Source: Elusimicrobiota bacterium (GTDB taxonomy: Bacteria; Elusimicrobiota; Elusimicrobia; UBA1565). Taken from it: DNA of 14,369 nucleotides. The translations under genes were made by a program, and so were the position numbers. The notes beneath the pieces are model-generated. The model saw only the letters and a list, made by a program, of their open reading frames with translations. It searched no databases and was not told the DNA's origin. The DNA is taken from the NCBI GenBank assembly GCA_043819795.1, contig JBDREN010000220.1:1-14369 (forward strand), read 5' to 3'. The first letter of the stretch is position 1; every line of letters begins with the position of its first letter. Positions 1 through 5,786 of this stretch are shown piece after piece.

Positions 1-2
1 AG

Positions 3-92
3 GCCACCGCCATGTTCATGCGCATCCTGCAGATCGACCCCGACAACGCCCAGGCCAAGAAGGCCCTCGAGCGCCTGCGCCGGAAACAATGA
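3..92 (+). CDS. 3' end of a TPR-like protein (partial, runs off the window start)
   Basis: Frame 3 reads ATAMFMRILQIDPDNAQAKKALERLRRKQ*. ILQIDPDNAQAKKAL resembles the end of a TPR repeat. Its TGA (90-92) overlaps the kinase ATG (89-91) as ATGA. Confidence 0.65.
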   Translation, partial: ATAMFMRILQIDPDNAQAKKALERLRRKQ

Positions 93-1465
93 GCATCAGG
101 ACCAAGCTCGCCCTCGTCCTCAGCGCGGGCATCGCCGCGGCCACCGCCGCGGCCGGGATGGGCTTCGTCCAGCTGCAACGCTCCGCCCTGCGCGGGGCCG
201 AGGAGGAGAAGACGCGCCTGCTCATGGAGAGCGTCGGGCGGATAAGCGGGGAGTCCCTGCTGGCCGGCGATCCGCTCATGCTGCTCGACTACCTGGCCTT
301 CCTGCGCCGGGACCGCCCGGAAGTGCACCACTGCCGGGTGCGCCTCGGGGGCGGCTGGCAGGACGTGGGCGGGAAAGCCCCGCCGCAACCTCCCGGGGGG
401 ACCGTCATGAGGGCCGTCTCGACGCCCGCGCCCGACGCGGACCGGCGACGCGGCCTGCCCGCCGTCTCGGTCGAGGTCTATTTCTCGTCGCGCGTGCTCG
501 CGGACCGCGAGCGCGCGGCCTTCGAGGCCATGGTCCGGAACGTCTCCCGGTCCGGAGGCATCGTCGTCCTGGCGGGCCTGCTCCTGTCGATCCTGCTGAG
601 CCGCACGATGACGCGCCGGCTCGTCCGCATCGAAGGGACGCTCGAGGCGATCGGGAAGGGCCGGCTGGGAGAGGTGGCCGACGCCGGGGGCTCCGACGAG
701 ATCGCCCGCCTCGCCCGCGGGGTCAACGAGATGTCCGAAAAGCTCAAGGAGCTCGAGCAGATGAAGAAGACGTTCATCGCCTCGGTGACCCACGAGCTCC
801 GCTCCCCGCTCGGCGCGATCGAGAGCCAGGTCAAGGCGATGCTCTTCGACCCTCCCGCCACCGAGGAGGAGGGCCGGCGCAGCCTGGAGCGCATCCGCAA
901 GAACGCGACGCGCCTGGAGCATTTCGTCGCGAACCTGCTGGAGATGTCCAAGATCGAACGGGGCAAGCTGGACTATCGCCCCCGGCCGGCCGACCTGGGC
1001 TCGATCGTGGAGGATACGGCCCTGTTCCTCGAGCCGTGGGCCAAGGAAGCCGGGCTGTCGATCACGACGGACGTCGAGCCCGGACTGCCCACCGTCCGCA
1101 TCGACCCGGACCTGATCGCCCAGGTCCTGACCAATTTCGTATCCAACGCCGTCAAGTTCACGCGCCCCGGCGGGCGCATCCGCGTCACCGCGAGGAGGAC
1201 GCCCGTCGGCACGCCGGGGCCGCCCGGCGTCGAATGCGCGGTGAAGGACACGGGAGTGGGCATCCCCGCCGAGGCCCTGGGCTCGATCTTCTCGCCCTTC
1301 GAGAGGGTGCGCAACCCGATCCGCGCCACGGGCGCCGGCCTCGGGCTCGCGATATCCAAGTCCATCATCGAGACGCACGGCGGGACCATCGGCGTCGAAT
1401 CGAAGGTCGGCGTAGGAAGCCGCTTCCGATTCCTCCTGCCGCTCAAGCCGGTCCGGAGGCGGTAA
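89..1465 (+). CDS. Membrane-bound HAMP sensor histidine kinase (HisKA + HATPase_c)
   Basis: Two hydrophobic segments (LALVLSAGIAAATAAAGMGF; GIVVLAGLLLSILL), HAMP (GSDEIARLARGVNEM), H-box VTHELRSPL, N-box NFVSNAVKF, G1 DTGVGI, F-box IFSPF, G2 GAGLGLAI. Confidence 0.95.
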   Translation: MSIRTKLALVLSAGIAAATAAAGMGFVQLQRSALRGAEEEKTRLLMESVGRISGESLLAGDPLMLLDYLAFLRRDRPEVHHCRVRLGGGWQDVGGKAPPQPPGGTVMRAVSTPAPDADRRRGLPAVSVEVYFSSRVLADRERAAFEAMVRNVSRSGGIVVLAGLLLSILLSRTMTRRLVRIEGTLEAIGKGRLGEVADAGGSDEIARLARGVNEMSEKLKELEQMKKTFIASVTHELRSPLGAIESQVKAMLFDPPATEEEGRRSLERIRKNATRLEHFVANLLEMSKIERGKLDYRPRPADLGSIVEDTALFLEPWAKEAGLSITTDVEPGLPTVRIDPDLIAQVLTNFVSNAVKFTRPGGRIRVTARRTPVGTPGPPGVECAVKDTGVGIPAEALGSIFSPFERVRNPIRATGAGLGLAISKSIIETHGGTIGVESKVGVGSRFRFLLPLKPVRRR

Positions 1466-1467
1466 TA

Positions 1468-1508
1468 CGCGCACCTGGAGATCCGCGATGCGGATCTCCA
1501 GGTGCGCG
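1468..1508. repeat. Perfect inverted repeat, 19-bp arms, 3-nt loop; possible terminator, RNA stabiliser or REP-like element
   Basis: cgcgcacctggagatccgc (1468-1486), gat, gcggatctccaggtgcgcg (1490-1508). Starts 2 nt after the kinase stop. No poly-U tail. Confidence 0.85.
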
Positions 1509-1621
1509 CTTCCTCAATTGGTGCTTCATGTCGGACGCGCCGCGTCCGACCTTTCAATGCCGTTCGTGCCGGATTCACGCAATATTTTCGTCACTTTTTC
1601 ACCCTACGGTATTGGCAGGTC

Positions 1622-3100
1622 ATGCACGGCATACGCATTCTGACGATCGCGCTGTTCGCGGCGTGCCTCGGCGCCTCCCCCTTATGGGCGGAGGCGGAGG
1701 AGCAAGAGATCGCCGCGCGCCTGGAACGGGACGCGACCGCGGTCCTCGAGCGCATGTTCGGGCCCGGGCGCGCCGAGGTCCTCGTCACCGTCGAAGGGGA
1801 ATCCTCCCAGATCCAGACGCAGAGCGAGATGATCACGCCCATCAGGCGGGAGCCGCCGACGGAGCGCCCGGACATGCCCGGATACGAGCCGTCCAAAGAC
1901 GAGGTCGATTACTACCAGAAGGACCTGGAGAGCTCGGCCCGCCGGGCGAGCTTCCTGATCAAGAGAATCCTGCTGACGGTCGTCCTCGACGAGACCCTCA
2001 CCTCGGCCCAGGAGAACGACGTACGCCGCGTCCTTCCGGACCTCCTGCGCATGGACGTAGAGCGCGGCGACGAGATGGCCGTCCTGCGGGCCAAGATACT
2101 GCCGCCCTGGAAGGCCCTCTGGGCGAGCCCCAAGGGGCTGCATACGCTCTCCCTCTCCGGCGCCGGGGCGGTCCTGATCATCTTCATCTGCGTGTTCGTC
2201 TGCGTCGTCGCCTACGTCGCTTCCGTGCGCATCTCGCGCGCCTTCGCCGTGGCGGTCGTCTCCAGGTTCTCCCAGGAGAGGCCTCCCGCGGCGCCCCGTC
2301 CCCCCTCCTTCGCCGCGGGTCCGTACGCGTCCGGCGAGGGAGATCTGCTGCTTCCGGGCGGCGCGCCCAGCATCATCGAGACCATCGGCGAGTTCTCCCC
2401 GTTCGGGGCCCCGCCCGCCATCGGACGGCGCTTCGATTTCCTCGCCGCGCGCGAGCCGGCCGACGTCGCGGAGCTGCTGTCCAAAGAGCCGGCCGCGGAC
2501 CTGGCGCTGATGTTCGCGTATCTGGCGGACTCCGACCCGGACCTCGCCAGCCGCGTCTTCGCCCAGCTTCCGCCGGAGATCCAGGCCGACGCGTCGCAGG
2601 CCCTCGTCGACCTCGAGACGGTGGACCCCGTACGCCTGGGGATGATCGAGAGCCGGCTGAAGTCCATGATCGAGTTCGGCGTCCGCGGGCCGGAGCGGCT
2701 CGCGAGGATCCTGAGCCGCATGGCGCCCGAGAAGCGGGAGTCGGTCCTCGGCACCCTGACCACGCGCGACCCCGAGGGCGCCGAGCTGGTGGAGCGGACG
2801 GTGTTCCCGTTCGAAAGCATCGCCGAGTTCAAGTCCCACGAGCTCCGGCGCCTCATCGCGACCGTGCCGTACGAGGACTGGGGCGTGGCCCTGCGCGGGG
2901 CGCCGCGCAAGCTCGTATCGAGCGTCCTGGCCGAGCTCCCGGCAGAGGCGCGCCAGATCGTCAAAGTGGCCGCCGAGTCGCCCCAGTCAAAGGAGAACGT
3001 TCTCGAATGCCGCTCCAAGATACTCTCATGGATCTCCGCGCTCTCCGCGAAGGGGCAGCTCATGATCGCCCCTCACAGCGCCCCCCGGGGATTGGCCTGA
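1622..3100 (+). CDS. FliF C-terminal ring-building (RBM3-like) domain fused through one TM helix to FliG middle and C-terminal domains
   Basis: ATG 1622 after ggcaggt gives a signal-peptide-like N-terminus (MHGIRILTIALFAACLGASPLWA). RBM3-like LE...VLERMFGPGRAEVLVTV...IKRILLTVVLD...RGDEMAV; TM GAVLIIFICVFVCVVAYVASV; FliG-like FDFL...KEPAADLALMFAYL...DPEGAELVERTVFPFE...VALRGA...ALSAKGQLMI. Confidence 0.8.
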   Translation: MHGIRILTIALFAACLGASPLWAEAEEQEIAARLERDATAVLERMFGPGRAEVLVTVEGESSQIQTQSEMITPIRREPPTERPDMPGYEPSKDEVDYYQKDLESSARRASFLIKRILLTVVLDETLTSAQENDVRRVLPDLLRMDVERGDEMAVLRAKILPPWKALWASPKGLHTLSLSGAGAVLIIFICVFVCVVAYVASVRISRAFAVAVVSRFSQERPPAAPRPPSFAAGPYASGEGDLLLPGGAPSIIETIGEFSPFGAPPAIGRRFDFLAAREPADVAELLSKEPAADLALMFAYLADSDPDLASRVFAQLPPEIQADASQALVDLETVDPVRLGMIESRLKSMIEFGVRGPERLARILSRMAPEKRESVLGTLTTRDPEGAELVERTVFPFESIAEFKSHELRRLIATVPYEDWGVALRGAPRKLVSSVLAELPAEARQIVKVAAESPQSKENVLECRSKILSWISALSAKGQLMIAPHSAPRGLA

Positions 3101-3125
3101 GGTTCCGACCGCGAGCCCCCGGGCG

Positions 3126-4544
3126 ATGAGCCGCGACGACCTCAACGCCACCCGGCGCCGGATGCGCGACCTCCTCGACCAGGCCGCCGCCCTCGAGAGC
3201 TCGGCCGCGTCCGAGCCCCCTCTTCCTCCGGGCCGCTCCGGATCGGACGCCCGCCTCCGGGAGGCTCTCGAGCTCAAGCGCCGCGTCGTGCGCAGGCTCG
3301 CCGCGGTCCAAGAGAAGCTCAACGAGCAAAAGGCGCGGGGGCAGGCCGCCGAGAGGGCTTCGAGCGGGCAGAAGCGCGAGCTGGAGGCCCAGCTGGAGGA
3401 GGCCAAGAGCGCCCTGCGCAAGGCGGCGCTCGCCTGGGAGGAGCAGCGGTCCGTCCTCGAGGCCAAGCTGCACGAGGAACGCCGGGCGCTGGAAGCCGCG
3501 CGCGAAGAGCTCGAGAAGGCGCGGGCTCCCTTCAACGAGCAGCGCGCGGAGCTCGAGGCCCGCATCCGGGAGCTCCACTCCCGCCTCCAGAACGCCCGGG
3601 CGGCCTGGGAGCGCGAGAGGCTCGCTCTCGAGTCGAAGGTCGAGGAGACCAACGAGAAGTTCCAGGCCGCGTACGCCATGGTCGAGCACGACCGCGCGCG
3701 ACGGGACCGGGAGCACGCCGAGCTTCGCGGCCTCCACGAGAAGCTGCGCCGGCGCTTCGAGAAGGCCCGGGAGGCCTGGCGGCGCAAGAGGGAGTCCCTG
3801 GTCTCCCGCCTGCGGGAGGCCCGCGAGAGAGCGCAGGCGGCCGAGACGGAAGCGCGCAAGGCCGTCGAGATGTCGCCGGTGCCCCCCGTCGAGCCCGTTC
3901 TCGAGCCCGTCTGGCGGCGGATCAGCGCCCTCCTGCTCAAGCCCCTCTCCCAGGGCTACGCCCACCTGCGCACCTTGGCGGCCGCCCCCCTTCCGAAGGG
4001 GCAGCGGGCGGTCCTGAGGCTGGCGGCCGGGAACCTCGCGCAGGCCCTCGACCGCGTCAAGATCGTCGGGCAGTTCCTCGAGGAGGGCGGACCGGCGCCC
4101 GCTCCGGGCCAAGTGGAGCGGAGCGTGGAAGCCGCCCTCCCGGAATGGGAGGCCGCCTTCCGCAAGAGGAGGATCGCCATCGTCCGCCAGCTGGGCGCCG
4201 GCCTGCCGGCGGTCCGGTTCCGGCAGGAGACGCTCCGCGTCGCGCTCTACCAGGCGATCCGCAACGCCTACGACGCGATGCCTCGAGGCGGACGCCTGGT
4301 CGTGCGCGCCGACAAGGACCGGGAGACGGGCGGCGTGCGCGTCACGTTCTCCGATACGGGGCCGGGCTTCTCCGAGGAAGCGCTCGAGTCCCTCTTCATG
4401 CCGTTCTCCTCGCGGAAGACGGATCGCCTCGGCCTGGGACTCGCCCTCATCCGCGCCACCCTGCGCGGCTGGGACGGCGACGCGGAGGCCGGGAACGTCC
4501 CCGGCGGGGGAGCGGCCCTTACGCTGCGCTTCCCCCCCGCGTAG
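3126..4544 (+). CDS. Cytoplasmic coiled-coil protein with degenerate DHp and HATPase_c domain (probable pseudo-histidine kinase)
   Basis: About 200 aa of E/R/A/L-rich coiled coil, H-box-like ISALLLKPL without His, N-box QAIRNAYDAM, G1 DTGPGF, F-box LFMPF, G2 LGLGLAL. No TM segment. Confidence 0.85.
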   Translation: MSRDDLNATRRRMRDLLDQAAALESSAASEPPLPPGRSGSDARLREALELKRRVVRRLAAVQEKLNEQKARGQAAERASSGQKRELEAQLEEAKSALRKAALAWEEQRSVLEAKLHEERRALEAAREELEKARAPFNEQRAELEARIRELHSRLQNARAAWERERLALESKVEETNEKFQAAYAMVEHDRARRDREHAELRGLHEKLRRRFEKAREAWRRKRESLVSRLREARERAQAAETEARKAVEMSPVPPVEPVLEPVWRRISALLLKPLSQGYAHLRTLAAAPLPKGQRAVLRLAAGNLAQALDRVKIVGQFLEEGGPAPAPGQVERSVEAALPEWEAAFRKRRIAIVRQLGAGLPAVRFRQETLRVALYQAIRNAYDAMPRGGRLVVRADKDRETGGVRVTFSDTGPGFSEEALESLFMPFSSRKTDRLGLGLALIRATLRGWDGDAEAGNVPGGGAALTLRFPPA

Positions 4545-4574
4545 AGCCCGCCCGCCCGGGCCGACCCGGTCCCC

Positions 4575-5285
4575 TTAGGTGCTCTTTAGGACGTAACCGA
4601 CCCGGACCACGGTCTGCAGGCGCCGGCCGAAGGAGCCCAGCTTGCGCCGGAGCGTCTCGACGTGCTTGTCGACCGTCCGCGTCGTCATGGTAGGATCCCC
4701 GTGCCAGACCGCCTCGAGGAGGGCTCCCCGCGTCAGCACCCGGTTGCGCTGGCGCAGCAGATAGAGGAGGAGGTCGAATTCGAGGCGGGTCAGCTTGACC
4801 TCCCTTTTCTGCAGCAGGCATACGCGCCGCTCGGGAAACAGCGTCAGGGCGCCGAGCCGGATGGAGTCCTCCACGGAAGGCTTCCCCGTGCGGCGACGAA
4901 GCAGGACCTCGACGCGCACCAGCAGCAGCTCCCGGTCGAGCGGCTTGAGGAAGTACTCGTCGGCGCCGGCGTGGAGCCCGTCCACGATGTCCTTTGTGCT
5001 CTTCTGCCGGCCCGACATGGAGACGATGAGCATGTCCCGGCTCTTCGGGTCGGCTCGCAGGACCCGGATGATCTCCTTTCCGTCCATGCCGGGAAGCTGC
5101 ATGTCCAGCAGCACGGCGTCAGGGCGGCTCCTCAGGATGGAGTCGAAGAAGCGTCCGGGAGTGGGGTAAAGCGCGGTGTCGTAGCCTTCCCCGTCGAGGA
5201 GCCGCTCGAGGTAGTCGCCCAGCTCGGGATCGTCCTCGACGACCGCGATCCGGTACCCCCGGGGAGGCACGCCGCGACCGCTCAT
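4575..5285 (-). CDS. OmpR/PhoB-family DNA-binding response regulator
   Basis: Likely start ATG 5285 (MSGRGVPPRGYRIAVVEDD), overlapping the upstream stop as ATGA. REC: EDD, LLDMQLP, FLKP. Winged helix: LTRLEFDLL...RTVDKHVETLRRKL...TVVRVGY. Confidence 0.95.
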   Translation of the reverse strand: MSGRGVPPRGYRIAVVEDDPELGDYLERLLDGEGYDTALYPTPGRFFDSILRSRPDAVLLDMQLPGMDGKEIIRVLRADPKSRDMLIVSMSGRQKSTKDIVDGLHAGADEYFLKPLDRELLLVRVEVLLRRRTGKPSVEDSIRLGALTLFPERRVCLLQKREVKLTRLEFDLLLYLLRQRNRVLTRGALLEAVWHGDPTMTTRTVDKHVETLRRKLGSFGRRLQTVVRVGYVLKST

Positions 5286-5659
5286 GCCTCTTCCGGGCTC
5301 AGGGCGGCCTTGACGCGCGACAGAAGGTCCTCGATCTCGAAGGGCTTGACCACGTAGTCGGTGCCGCCCGAACGCAGCCCTTCGGAGACGCGCGCGACGG
5401 CCGAGCGCACGGTGCAGAAGATGATGGGCGTGTCCGGACGCGGACCGTCGGCGCGGATCTTCCGGCAAATCTCGAAGCCGTCCATGTCGGGCAGGCGGAC
5501 ATCGAGCACGACCAGGTCGGGCTTCTCCTCGGCGTACGCCTTCAACCCCTCCTCCCCGTTGGCGGCCGTCACGACGGCGTAGCCCTTCTTGCCAAGGAGG
5601 TGGCTGATAAGCGAGCGGTAGTCGTCCTCGTCTTCGACGATAAGGATCTTCTTGGGCAT
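5282..5659 (-). CDS. Single-domain response regulator (receiver only)
   Basis: KILIVEDE, VLDVRLPDMDG, FCT, VVKPF; 125 aa with no output domain. Confidence 0.95.
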   Translation of the reverse strand: MPKKILIVEDEDDYRSLISHLLGKKGYAVVTAANGEEGLKAYAEEKPDLVVLDVRLPDMDGFEICRKIRADGPRPDTPIIFCTVRSAVARVSEGLRSGGTDYVVKPFEIEDLLSRVKAALSPEEA

Positions 5660-5668
5660 ACAGCCGAT

Positions 5669-5697
5669 AGTTTAGAGGGCCCCTGTTACCTTGTCAA
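5669..5697 (-). promoter_or_regulatory. Sigma70-type promoter for the two response regulators
   Basis: Minus strand TTGACA (5697-5692), 17 nt, TAAACT (5674-5669), 9 nt, ATG 5659. Confidence 0.75.
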
Positions 5698-5728
5698 GGC
5701 GTAGGGATCAGGCGTAGGGATCAGGATC
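5697..5728. repeat. Tandem 13-bp direct repeat plus partial third copy
   Basis: aggcgtagggatc at 5697-5709 and 5710-5722, followed by aggatc (5723-5728). Confidence 0.85.
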
Positions 5729-5730
5729 TT

Positions 5731-5771
5731 GGACTCTTGAAGAAATTCCCGCGGAATTTCTTCAAGAGTCC
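5731..5771. repeat. Perfect inverted repeat, 19-bp arms, 3-nt loop
   Basis: ggactcttgaagaaattcc (5731-5749), cgc, ggaatttcttcaagagtcc (5753-5771). Lies 15 nt downstream of the fibre gene stop on the - strand. Confidence 0.85.
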
Positions 5772-5786
5772 GCTCAGGTTGGCCCC

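Noticed and set aside
1622..3100. Frameshifted or decayed fliF-fliG operon; assigning the symbol fliF or fliG
   Set aside because: It is one uninterrupted frame with coherent signal peptide/periplasmic/TM/cytoplasmic topology and no flanking fliE/fliH, so neither symbol alone fits.
1036..3129. 697-aa + strand ORF overlapping the kinase and the fusion gene
   Set aside because: Arg/Gly/Pro-rich shadow frame typical of high-GC DNA, with no motifs; the other frame holds recognisable proteins.
4545..4574. Bidirectional terminator between the convergent genes
   Set aside because: Only short, weak GC pairings and no U/A tracts.
5697..5771. CRISPR array or DGR hairpin interpretation
   Set aside because: The repeats are 13 bp with no spacers and there are no cas genes. 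No reverse transcriptase or adenine-mismatched TR/VR pair is visible.
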